Positions 41,100 to 53,107 of a stretch of DNA of 64,000 nucleotides are shown here, piece after piece (the first letter of the stretch is position 1; each line of letters opens with the position of its first letter). This stretch comes from Ruditapes philippinarum (lineage: Eukaryota). The position numbers and the translations under genes are program-made. Under the pieces are notes generated by a model. The model made no database searches. It was not told where the DNA came from and worked only from the letters and a program-made list of their open reading frames with translations. The stretch lies in assembly GCF_026571515.1 (NCBI RefSeq), contig NW_026859330.1, forward strand, positions 1 through 64,000. Direction: 5' to 3'.

Positions 41100-43533
41100 T
41101 TAAATGTTAATAATGCATCGACTACAAGAAAAAAATAAAGATGATTCTATTCCTGATAAAGTATTTTTTTTAATAATTGAGAAATTGCTTTCCTTTTAAT
41201 ACCGATTGTCAATTCTATCACACAATCAAAATCATCTGCATACTCGTATATTTTATCTACATAATTATGGACCATGAACTCTGTATGGGCTTTACTTGTT
41301 AATAAACACTTATGATTTTAATGGACTTTAGATTTCTACATGTATTGCAATTGCAACTTTTATCTAAATGTGTCTTCCAGTTACTTTGTTTACGATAATG
41401 ATTAACGGATGTTCTTTTAACTTTGCACAGCTTGTCCAAACGAAAGAAAGCAGGGATAGAAAAAAATGTTTATAAATGCTCACGGACGTGCGACAAAAAA
41501 GGAAATGCAAGTACATGTACCAATGAATGAAGACGAATGATTGTTTGCAACAAAATTTTATTTCTTTAAAAATCACTACAGCTTAGAATTCTTATATTCA
41601 GTGATTTAATATATCATGTTTGCGTACATTTAACTTTTTTAATTTATTTTGTATTTTCTGCATATATATAAACATTTAAGTGCTCTGAAAAACTTAAAAG
41701 CGAGTTATGCGGTGACGAAGAGCATATTTTGAATTTATAACTAAAACCACTTTTGGACAGTCTCTAGCATAACAATTGGAGCTAACTTGTGGCGGCTAGG
41801 GCAATAGCGAGCAGATCATTTAGGAAAGCACATTAGTTATCCGTGGGCTGTAATCTTAGTTCAAACTAAAGTTTAAATCGATATATTGGTCATCATATAT
41901 ATGATATAATGAATCAATTGTAATTCGTTGTGCCATAAATTACTATAAATATCAAAACCAAAGCAGTTCATCTGTTTCTCTCTATGTTTTATACGATCTC
42001 GGATTCTGTTCGTGCACAGGTGTACATTCTGCCACAGCAAAACATCTAATAGTTATTTTATTATCTAATCCAGTTGCATCTGGTTTCTTATATGTAAAAA
42101 CAATTTTGATTCCATTCGTATCTGTCATGTATCCTTGTAAGTATTTCTTATAGCCCTCTATTTGTCTTCACCTTAAATCCCTACGCCATGATGAATCAAT
42201 ACCTATTCTGTCTGATAATACACTGTCTCGTCCGTGATATCTTCTACATTATATTGTATAAATAGTAAAATGGTATCTGTACTTACAATCGAAAAATAGA
42301 AAATTAAACAAAAATTTCTCTTCGTCTTCATAAAGGATGGTATCGTGACATTGACTTTCAATAACACAAAATTATGATTTCCAGTATATTTCTGGGTATA
42401 TTTCTTTATCATATTTTCCAAATCTTTCCGGTTTAGGTGTCCCACCTGTTTCAAGTACCCCGCCAGATCTTTATAAGAAATTCTAATTTTTATGTTTTTA
42501 GGCTTTTGGACCTCAGTGGAGTTCGTTAAACGTACAAAGGCTACTTTGAATATTATTTGTGAAAACTGTGTCATGTTCAATTATTTTCAAAGTCATAAGT
42601 AACTGAATATAATTTGGGGGATATGTTTTGAGTTTGTTTCGAACGGGGTGTAAATTATCACTGATAAGCAAAACATTAAATGTACAATTATGAAATTAAA
42701 TTGAAATAAAACTTGTTTCGATGGAAGAATTTTTTTCACATAGATTCATGTGCATTGGTTATTATCGAAAAACCGTACAGTTTAATATTTTTCAAACACA
42801 AACATCAATTCATTTTTTATCGGTTGATAACGCAATTGATCAATTTCATATCTTACGTAATGTATTGATTTTTCAAAATTCAATTTGATTTCGATATATT
42901 CTAAGCAATAATACTTTTCGAAACGTGTTAAAAGAAGGCAATGTTATCAGTTTTCAGAAGTAATGAATAATTTTCAGATTATAAAAGATTGTCATTGTGA
43001 GATCCCGTTCATATCATTAAATAGTTCAATTGCATTTTTTGATAACGAAGATAAATATAATGTACTCAGGTAAGAATAATAGAACCATGAAATAATTTGA
43101 TAGGAATTAGATTTAATATCAAAATCTACCAAGAAATCACAACAATAATGCCGTTCAAAACGAACTTCCAGTTGCGGAAATATATCATTTCTGATATAGT
43201 GCAAACTCCGACTTTATCTAAATTTGCAAAAATGTGAATTCAAGTTAATCCATATTACATTTGTATAAACGTGTAAGACTTAGTGTACAATTGAGTGTGT
43301 TTAGTGAATAAGATGATTGGCTAAATTGATATTTTATTTGAAGTGTTAAAACTTCCTTTTACCAAACAAAGGATTTTTAAACTGTTATGAAACAATAAAT
43401 ATATGATACGATATTGATATCATATGCAACAAAGTGAAATAAATCAAATACAACAATGCTCATAAGGTAGGTAATTATCGTAAAAGAGTATGTCAAACAT
43501 TAACAATGCCAAATGCACCGTTGTTATTTTCAA

Positions 43534-43798
43534 TCAATTAACCGAATCACGTTTGAATTTCCAAGACTTTCTCCTTTGCATTCGACCATGACAATATTTT
43601 CCAATGATGACTTCAACAACAAAAACACAGAAACTAATCACCGCACCACCGGCAGCTACATAAAATGCACTCTGTACGTCTATAATCGAGATTGGCTTGG
43701 CTTCAGTTACTATTGAATCGGCACAAATTGCCTTTGACTTTGTCCACCATCGTCTTTTCCATTCTTCAATTAATCCAGATTCCTGAATAACTAACATC
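43534..43798 (-). CDS. iGluR/IR-like exon 16 (end of S2, M4, short C-tail, stop)
   Basis: ATGCAG acceptor, phase 2; MLVIQESGLIEEWKRRWW..C..DVQSAFYV..FVVE. Confidence 0.92.
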
Positions 43799-44333
43799 CT
43801 GCATAAATTCAAATCATTATACATCCAAAATTGTTTTGACTTTTTGTTTGCTTTGTAATTATAATCATGGTATTATTCAAGATGCAGTCCTTTTCAACTT
43901 GTGCCAAATGATTATTCGAGCGTGCCCATATTATGACAGACGTTTAATTGATTGTTAAAAAGAAAAAACAACATAAAGAATTATTGATGGTTATTGCGAT
44001 TTCTTTATTTTTTTGGCATTGGTTCCAAAATAGGTTTAATGATTAAGAAAAATGCCCTATTATTGTTTAAATGCCAAAAGTTATATAGATATGCACGTTG
44101 CGTGTTATTGGTATGAACTCTATTAATAGTAATACATTGGTAACGTGTGAATGGTTGGCAAAAATTATGGTGGTGATAAAATGAAATACATTGAAATTTT
44201 ATGTTAATAATTAACAAGCTATTTTTATTTTACATGATAAGAAAACTAATATGATTTTATAAAACCTTTTAAAATAATAATTTATTGATCGTTATATATA
44301 TATAAATCATACATTCATAGATAATACACTTAC

Positions 44334-44466
44334 TGCTTTGTGAATATTTGCTCGTGTGGTGAATTATTGGTGAATCCAAACGCATATCTAAGAGGCAAAA
44401 ATTTGTCTTTAATCATCATAAGATCGCAATCTTTGGCCATCTCAAACTCCATAACGACAGAGTCAC
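44334..44466 (-). CDS. iGluR/IR-like exon 15 (GDSVVMEF...CDL...YAFGFTNNSP...)
   Basis: ATTAAG acceptor, GTAAGT donor, phase 1-2. Confidence 0.9.
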
Positions 44467-45040
44467 CTTAATCACGAAATAAATAATGCATACATTGTAA
44501 GTTCACACTTGTTCTAAAAATCAACCCTGGCCAATTATTATTGGCATGTATTATCACAGTTATTTTTATTATTTTCATTATTCATTTACACCTCATTATG
44601 TGCACTTTAAATATCTATGATGTATATGGTACAATGTCATATCATTCATGTGTTAAACGCATATAATATAGGGGCTGTGCTACAACTGGTTTTGCGATAA
44701 AACGAATTTTGTAATAATTTATTACAAAGGTCGTTGCGACGACATAATTTTGTTGCAATTTTTCACAACAAGTTTTTCAATAAAAGCGAGCTTTTTAAAT
44801 AAATTATTCTTATATCAGATTTGATATATATATTATACTCTAAACATAATGATATTGATCATTTATATGAGGACTGACATTAAGTGAGTTTATATCACAG
44901 AGTGTTGAGTCAAAATATTTGCAAAACTACCGGCAGTAACAGGAGGGTGTCCTTACAATTGAAATGTATTATTACATTTTTTTCTAACGATGAACTACAA
45001 TAGTACATGTTTTGAAAGTGATTAATGTCAGCTTACTTAC

Positions 45041-45173
45041 CTATCCAGCCATACTATCCTTTTTTAACTTTTTCAAGTTGAACATCAAAATCAACGGCTA
45101 ACACTGTTGGGTCTTTCTTACTAAATTCAGCTATTGCATCCCCCACTCGTCTAAATACTGGTCTTTTAGAAGT
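45041..45173 (-). CDS. iGluR/IR-like exon 14 with in-frame TAG (TSKRPVF...EKVKKG*YGWI)
   Basis: AATTAG acceptor, GTAAGT donor, phase 0-1, stop at 45054-45056. Confidence 0.88.
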
Positions 45174-45691
45174 CTAATTATATAATGATATTATGGCTTA
45201 ATACTTAAATAAACAAATTAATAACAACAACAACAAACACTTTCAGACTCAAGACTATGATAATCGTTTTTAAGGCCAGTATATTAATTTTCAATTTTGG
45301 CTCTCACATGACCTATCTATAGAGACAAAAACGATATTAAAGTCATAATACAACTTTTAAACTGTAAAGCATCTAATCTTAGTTTTTTAATGTGTCTTTT
45401 GTTTTGTAATTATACGTATGTTTTACACAAAGAGTAAATTGCAACGTTTATCGTGTGTTTTAGGAAGAATGTTTATCATGAAAAACAATACGCGACATGT
45501 CAACGTAATTTTGAAGGGTGTTTTAGCTTTTTTGAATCACTTTAGTGTTCAATTTCTTAAACAAACAAAACCGTTGACATTACAGGTAACAAAGTCATGG
45601 TCATAGTAGGACTCGCACCCACGATTTCTAAATTACAGGCAGTTACCTTTGCTTCTTTGATAAAATTAACCCCCTTACCCCAAGCTTTTAC

Positions 45692-45912
45692 CTCAAAAAC
45701 AAATTCTGCGCTTGTACCTCTTTGTACGCCCCACTGATATGTTCCCTTTAGGTCGGCCATTTCATCAAGGGTTTCAAACGGTGGTTTATCTTTTGTCACT
45801 GTAAGGAAAGCTATAAGGTTTCCACAATATGTTCCCACAATAACTATTGCAAATAACCGCCAGGAACAAATCAGTGTTCGTCCCGCCACAGATTGAGGTA
45901 AGTTGACACTGC
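45692..45912 (-). CDS. iGluR/IR-like exon 13 (M3 plus start of S2)
   Basis: GSVNLPQSVAGRTLICSWRLFAIVIVGTYCGNLIAFLTV...WGVQRGTSAE; CCACAG acceptor, GTAAAA donor, phase 1-0. Confidence 0.93.
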
Positions 45913-46400
45913 CTGTGGCAGAATGAAATATAAAAATGTATAATACTGTCAAACATTCTTTATTTTGATAGATGCTATTACAATGTGATATTATTTCGAT
46001 TTCATCTCTTATCAAATCAGGAACTGAATGTATATTAACAACTTGAACATGACTTTAATAATGGACACAAAATAAGCGTTTATAAAGTATACACATACTA
46101 TTAAGTTTTTAAGTCAAAAAGCTATTTTGACATCATAAAAAGTTTTCTTTATATCTTAAAATTATTGTCAAATTATTTAAGCTTAAATCTCAAACACTTT
46201 AATTGAGATATATTAAAAACAATATCTAAAGGCCTTAAAAATAATGTTTTTAAGAGAAAACGTAATTATAATTTTCTCTTTTTGCTTAATAAATCTTTAG
46301 AGTACGATATATAATATGTTTTTGACAATAGTAATAATTTGCATAATTTCAAATTTTTATCAATTATAATAATGCATAGTCGTTTAATATTTCTACATAC

Positions 46401-46513
46401 CTTGTGCAAACAGGGTTCCGTACATGTACCATAGTGAATGATTAAACGATTGGAACACATTAAGCCAAGAATAGTCAAAACCATCATCAGTCCGGGCGTA
46501 AAAAGGATTATAT
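46401..46513 (-). CDS. iGluR/IR-like exon 12 (pore loop, YNPFY...SLWYMYGTLFAQ)
   Basis: TTTTAG acceptor, GTATGT donor, phase 2-1. Confidence 0.92.
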
Positions 46514-46953
46514 CTAAAAAATAAAAAGTATCACAAAACATATAGGCACCACTCAAAATGGACTCTGAAAATAAACAAATTCATACAAACAGTCGAATAT
46601 CAACAACTTAACGTATACAAGAATTACAACTAAACGTATACAAGAAGATAATAAAGAAATATTACAAAATATAGGATATTCCTCGTTAAAGCCCATTATG
46701 CCTCCTCAAAAATGCTTTTATTTTTTACAAATGTATTTTAATTCGATTGTGTTGGAAGCTATAAACTTATTCATAAGAACTACTAATTTCTTCGGGTGAT
46801 AAGCATAGCATGCACGTGCAAGCAATAATCTAGACGTTATTAGTCAATGTTTGCCCTTTCTAAAGAAAAAAGAGTATCTGTTTCTGAGGCAAAAAAACAT
46901 TGAAATATAATTATTATTCATGTGATTTTATATGTTAAAAAACAATAGCATAC

Positions 46954-47177
46954 TTTTCCAAAAGAGATAAAATGAACGACATTATCGGCAGGCAAATCCC
47001 GATGGTCATAAGCACTTTCCAATGCAATGGATCAACGAGCGTCCTCCATTTTCTAGCGTTTGGGTCCGGTTTCTTTACCAGAACAGATGTATAGCCATAG
47101 AAAAATGGAAACATAAAATCCATTACAAGTTCCCGCTCTTTTTGAATGGTTGTATCTGCTGCAACTATGTCAACTTC
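46954..47177 (-). CDS. iGluR/IR-like exon 11 (end of S1 plus M1)
   Basis: EVDIVAADTTIQKERELVMDFMFPFF...KKPDP...; ATATAG acceptor, GTATGC donor, phase 0-2. Confidence 0.92.
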
Positions 47178-47484
47178 CTATATTGAAAAAAATGAATGAG
47201 ATTATGAGATGTGTAGGAAGTGTCTGATTACAAATATTGTGTAAACCAACATTTATATAGTATATTAATTGCTTACAATGTTGTATTTTAAAACTAAACC
47301 TTTTCATACCGCCCCATGATTTGCGATTTTAAAGAGTCGGACAAAACAACAACATTGAGCATTTGCAAATGGAACATGAAACAATCGAAAAATACTTAAA
47401 CTAACATATCTAAATACACGTTTTATTCACAAAGTGAATAAAGTGGACGGAAAATAATTAGTTTTAATAAATAGAGATAATAAC

Positions 47485-47575
47485 TTCTCTTTGCAGTTGT
47501 CCTATCATTCCATTAAACGTATTGTTTGGACCTGGACGCCCCCACGTTTGATCTGGAGGTTCTGTTAACGTGTAC
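47485..47575 (-). CDS. iGluR/IR-like exon 10 (YTLTEPPDQTWG...FNGMIGQLQRE)
   Basis: TTCTAG acceptor, weak GTTATT donor, phase 2-0. Confidence 0.9.
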
Positions 47576-47835
47576 CTAGAAATAAAAGAACATAATGCTC
47601 TCATACCAGCTAATAACCATTATCATGTGGTATTTTTGAAGAAACATAATAACAATATCCTTGAACCATTTTAGGTAGTATATATAGTCAATGCATTCTA
47701 CATATTAAATGAACAACAAATGAGTAAAATACATCTTGTAAAGATTGAACTGACAAATGTTCCAAATGTGATATTGCGTTGTATTTGTTTGGGACAGTTT
47801 TGTATCATTTTCTTAGTTATTTTATAAATACATAC

Positions 47836-47936
47836 GTAAAATTAAGTCTCCATGCTAATTCTTTCAGAAGATTCATACAGATGCCTCCATAATTCGCTGT
47901 TCCATTTACTTCCGTTTTAATGACAAAGGGGACAAA
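47836..47936 (-). CDS. iGluR/IR-like exon 9 (start of S1, FVPFVIK...ELAWRLNFT)
   Basis: TTTTAG acceptor, GTATGT donor, phase 0-2. Confidence 0.92.
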
Positions 47937-48199
47937 CTAAAACAGTTTTGAAACAAATCATGCGAATGATCACAAAATCGCATTGTCTTACTGGTTTAAC
48001 ATTCAATTGATATATACTATTTTAGAAACTGTTGTGCGATTAAATAAAACCATCATTTGCATGTTTCATTTTTTGCTAAATTGAAGACATTACACAAATG
48101 TATTATATTTACCTGTGAATTAAAACCGCTTCGCTCGGGGACATTTAATAACTAATGTATGACCGTGTATTATTGTACGTTCATTACCTTACTTTTCAA

Positions 48200-48985
48200 T
48201 GGATAATCGTGACATTAAGGCTATAATCGTTATCTATATAATCGTTTTATTACTGTTATTTTTTTCTAGAATCAAATGAATTATGTTGTTTTATAAATTC
48301 TTTATTTATAAAAAATGTCTTGCGAAAATATGGCCGTTTATTACCCTTCCTGATTTTTTCCGCCTTTTTGATTGGATATTGATCACCCAAACGAAACTGA
48401 TATTACCGAGCCTGACGGGTAATATACACACTGAATTTCCCCGTTGGGTACCCCATGTTATAAACAACATGCGCTGAGGTGATGCGCGTACGGTTTGATT
48501 TTACGCGGTGTAAATTCCGATTAACAAGCATATTTAAACTGTCAAATGATAAATATTTACCAAAGTAAAGTAGTGATACATATTCTCATTAGTATTGAAA
48601 ACAAATATGAACTCGTGAAAGCTTAATATTAATTACAAAAAAATGCGTTCAATAGACTACTCCTTTTCACTTCTTTATATTCGTTAGGTACGGGAAAAAT
48701 ACTTCATGTATTTATGTAACGTCATGTCGTGATGAAGGGGTACCCTAAAGGGCATCTTATTTCGACGTTTCATTTGAAACAGCAATGATTTTTTTAAAAA
48801 AATCGTCTAAACTCGGCAGGGAAGGGTTACCGTAATAAAATTATTATTTTGGTTTTGGAGTGAAACATGTGGATATATTACCCGCCAAGATAAAATATCA
48901 CCCTCGCCTAACGGCTCGGGTGATATAAAATCTAAGCAGGTAATAACATATAATATAAACGACTGTTCGCTTTGGGTAATATAGC
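48200..48985. mobile_element. Intronic TIR-less element with a CTCG-bulged palindrome (possibly Crypton-like)
   Basis: TATTACC..ATATCACCCTCGCCTAACGGCTCGGGTGATAT..GGTAATA at 48876-48945. Boundaries are approximate. Confidence 0.55.
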
Positions 48986-49149
48986 CTCATAAGTTTTTAT
49001 ACTGGACAATTTAACCTTTACAATGTCTATAAAAGATTATAGATTTTAGCTTCTCGAGCTTTTAATTTTTTATATATAATCATATACCTAACAAGTCAAA
49101 ATTAAAATTATATAAAATATAATCAAATAGTAAAGATTTTAAAATGTAC

Positions 49150-49343
49150 ATGCAATGTAGATATCAAAAACTGCCTTCCATTGTAACCGAACTTTGTGTT
49201 TGGGAACATAGCAGCATGAATGATAATTTTACCACGCTTCCACACGTAGCCACGTAGCTTAAAGCACGACCTTGTTTCTTCCACATTAATGTTTCTATTA
49301 TATAACCTTCACATTTATCCACTGACCTCCAACTGCTAGCCTT
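49150..49343 (-). CDS. iGluR/IR-like exon 8, frameshifted (..ETLMWKKQGRALSYV / YVWKRGK..MFPNTKFGYNGRQFLISTLH)
   Basis: CTACAG acceptor and GTACAT donor. The exon is 194 nt where a multiple of three is required, and the two conserved halves lie in different frames. Confidence 0.8.
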
Positions 49344-49689
49344 CTGTAGTTTAAATAGAGGTATAAAGTAAACATTTGATTTAATTTATTGCAATAAGAC
49401 TGTCTGTTATTAGGCTGATGTTAACAAAACCAAATAAAAGTATATTAAAGTAATATACAAATAAATCAATTATTTTCCTTTGCATTTAGAATTTAAATGT
49501 GAGTGAATCATTCAGTATCGATTAAATTTGGGTCAAATCTCTCATTCGTTAGATAATTTTTGTATAAATTATTTATCATACATTTTCGTCGTGTAAAAGA
49601 CGCCTTCTGGTGTTGTGCCATTATTTGACAAATTACCCGTAAAATGGCGAACGCACACTGTCACAAGGGGACGCTCGTTATAAATTGTG

Positions 49690-50815
49690 TGTTTCAAATG
49701 ATTATCTGTTCTAGTTATAGAAATATTCAAGTACATGTCAAAATTTCAGAACATTTTCTATGTCAAGTTTTGACGTTCAAGTGTGGCCTTGACCTTCTCT
49801 GGCACAAGGGTAAAATAAATTCTGCACATTGCCCTGTTGGGGTTAACATTTGAGTCAAGTTTGAAGAAAATCCTGCTATAAGTATAGAATTTATAGGGCG
49901 GACACGACATATTGTCTAGTATTGACTGTATGTAGATTTAAAGACTTAACTTTGTTAAAATGCAATACAAAGTAATGAAACTTGACTTGCATATCTTGCT
50001 TGTGACACCGCATACATATTTTAAGTTTTAAGCAAATACCTGTGCTAGTTTCAGAAATACTCAGGTACGTGTTAAAATTTAAGACCATTTTCTTAGTCAG
50101 TTTTTGACCTTTCAAGTGTGACATTGAACTGAAGCCGGCACATATGTAAATGGGCTCTGCACATTACCTTGTTGAGGTGAGGTGAACATTTGAGTAAAGT
50201 ATAAAGAAAATATTTCCTTTAGTATAGGATTTATAGAGCAGACACGACATAGTGTCTAATAATGGATTGTATGTAAATTTGAAGACTTAAAAAGGGGCAT
50301 AGCTTTGTCAAAATACAATACAGAGTTATGACCTGCATAATTGTATTGTCACACTACATAACTTCATATATATTTTAAGTTTCAAGCAAATACCTTTTCT
50401 AGTTTCAGAAATATCCATATACATGTTAAAGTTAAAGAATATTTTCTAAGTCAATATTTGACCTTCAAGTGTGACCTTCACCTTAAGCCGACAAAAGGGT
50501 AATTTGAGTCAAGATTGGAGAAAATCTTTCAATTACTCTAGGACTTACAGATCGGACACGACATACTGTCTTATATTTGATTGTTTGATATTTGACATTA
50601 ATTTTGACCTTGGCCTTGAGCTGACACATGAGCAACATGGGTTCTGCAATCGCCTTGTTGAGGTGAACATTTGAGCCAAGTTTGAAGAAAATCTTTCAGT
50701 TGGTATAGGATTTATAGAGCGGACACGATAACGGAGACGGACGGACGGACGGACCGACTGACCGACTTGACAAAGCGAATTCATTATAGCCCGCACCGTT
50801 TTTGTGGTGGGGTAT
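49690..50815 (-). mobile_element. Intronic Helentron/HINE-like element with degenerate internal tandem repeats
   Basis: Repeated TTCAAGTGTG(A/G)C..TTGA / GAACATTTGAG / GATTTATAGAGCGGACACGA units, with (GACG)n at 50736-50765 near the end. Confidence 0.75.
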
Positions 50816-50869
50816 GATTATTAACTTTAGTGATAAAATTAAAAATGCATTTATATCTACATGTTGACA

Positions 50870-52394
50870 CGACTCGCCCATGCCGCCAACAACATTGCAT
50901 AAGTCAAGTAAACGAATATAGACAGTGAATATAAATAGCCATGTACTTGTATGGAAAGCCTTGACTGATCAATGATTATAAAAATGAACGTTGTTGTAAT
51001 ACAATGTGCACTTATGAATACATTATGTGGACGCATCCTTTAATATGAATTCAACAGAACAATATATGATGTCAGTGTGTCTTTAAATGATGTCGACCAA
51101 TCATTATACTATGAGCATTCATGAATATATTATGTGGAAGCATCATTATGTACTGTCAACTTATCAATATAATTATCATGTCAATCTTTCATCATACGAT
51201 AAGAATCTATTGTTATACGGTGTGCATTTATGAACATATTATGCGGTAACATTATTATATAATGCCAACTAATATATGTTTAATATGTTATGTCAATCTT
51301 TCATTATACGATGTGAACCTACAATTAAGTGACCGCTGCTTAATATGAAGTGCAATCATCATTATATCGTGTGCTTTTGTCATTATACTGACGGGGTTAA
51401 ATTTACCGGGTCATATTTCTCTACGCACTGTTCGGAGCGGGAACTGTCTATATCTCAACAGTTGAAGTACACGTGATAAAATCCCAAGACTTGCGGGAGT
51501 ATAAGGACACATTTACATATATATAGTTTTTAGTTGACTCTATATAAAGACGAGTCTACATAATATAGTATTGTTTTGAATCTATATAAGAATGGTTCTG
51601 CATAATATATTTGTAATTGCACATCATATAATAAAAGACTGACATCATACATATATAAAGACAGATTGCGATAATATATACTGTTATTATGACTCTATAT
51701 AAAGATAGTTTCACATGAAATATTCATTACATTAAATGTACATCGTATAATGAATGATTGGCATCATATAATGACACATTTACATCATATAATGCTAAAT
51801 AGATAAATACAGAATCCCATAAACAAGCCCAACACGGCAAAATTGAAAATGTTGCAGGCTCGGTTTGATTGAGTGTTGACTCCATATAAGGATGATTTCT
51901 CATAATTTACTGGTATTATGGCTCGACTCGATATACGAATGGTTTCACATAATATACTGAAAAATGCCCATCGTATATTGACAGATTGAAATGATATAAG
52001 GAAATATTGACATTATATTCTATTGACTCTATATAAAGATGGTTCCATATGATTTATTCATACCTTTACATCATATAAGGACAGAAAAACATGATATATA
52101 GTTATTTGACCTTATATAAGGATGGTTCCACTTTATATATTCAAATATGCACATCGTATAATGATAAATTGACATCATATAAAGACACATTAACATCATA
52201 TACATGTATTGTTCTGTTGACTATAGATTAGGATGGTTTCACATAATATATTCATTAGTGCACATTGTATAAGGAAAGGTTGACTCAATATATTGCTATT
52301 TGGACATAACAAAGTTTAGGTTTATAATTATTAGACAGTCAAGGCTTTCAATATACTTGACTTATGCAATGTTGTTTGCAGCATGGGCAAGTCG
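50870..52394. mobile_element. Foldback-like element: long TIRs with oppositely oriented internal tandem arrays
   Basis: The left end CGACTCGCCCATGCCGCCAACAACATTGCATAAGTCAAGTA..GAAAGCCTTGACTG matches the reverse complement of 52321-52394. Degenerate ~110-120 bp units at 50990-51390 are inverted relative to those at 51500-52310. Confidence 0.8.
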
Positions 52395-52572
52395 TTAACG
52401 CGTCAGACCAGCAACCAAAAGAGTAATAGTCACGTTGGTTCAAACCCCTGTAAAGGTTAGCTAGAGCAAGAAACTTCGCTTTTTGCTCAGTACTGGTTGG
52501 TCCAGGAACGAAATGGATTATACGTCTATCCTACACAATCGAACCAGAAAATAACTTTTGAATATTAAACTA
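52395..52572 (+). mobile_element. Degenerate tRNA-derived SINE (bivalve CORE-SINE-like)
   Basis: B box GGTTCAAACCC, then GAGCAAGAAACTT..TTGCTCAGTACTGGTTGGTCCAGGAACG..ACAATCGAAC. Confidence 0.7.
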
Positions 52573-52924
52573 AAGTTTGAGTTCTAAATAATTCATTGTC
52601 ATTTTCTCAACTTGAATGATGTTGTTTTAGCATTATTTTGGTACAAAAACGACACGTTAAGAAACTGTGTATCTATCTACCTTATCACATTTTTCAGTAC
52701 AATTTTTTGAGAACGTAGATATGATCGGAAACGCGGCAGTTAAATGCATTTTGTAATGGACCATCGCTGTTGTATTTCGGTTTCGGCAAAATTAATGTTT
52801 TGAAAAGTTTAAATGTACACCGTTTGTGTTATTTTCTTGTTTTAAACCTGCTTTTCTTTTAGTCACATGAATAATAGTACAATGTCATATATTTCATATA
52901 CATCAGTCATAGAAAGGTACCTAC

Positions 52925-53107
52925 CGCAGGAGAATCTTCATCTTGAAGTCTTGGAAAGGAAATCACTGCTACATTATCAAGGTCATTTGCACATTCCGTG
53001 ATGGTTGTGCCAACATTTCTGTCGTTGTCGAGACTCGCAATAAGCCATCTTGAGAACTGTTTTATCAACGTTTTCGGCAGCTTGTTTTTACTGTCAAATG
53101 TGTTCGC
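52925..53107 (-). CDS. iGluR/IR-like exon 7 (ANTFD...FSRWLI...LDNVAVISFP...PA)
   Basis: GTACAG acceptor, GTAGGT donor, phase 0-0, open. Confidence 0.8.

Noticed and set aside
45586-45680. tRNA-like fragment in the intron after exon 13
   Set aside because: Too degenerate to call; probably a SINE remnant.
46266-46556. 96-aa ORF in the supplied track
   Set aside because: Wrong frame. The real exon (46401-46513) is read in another frame that gives the pore-loop motif.
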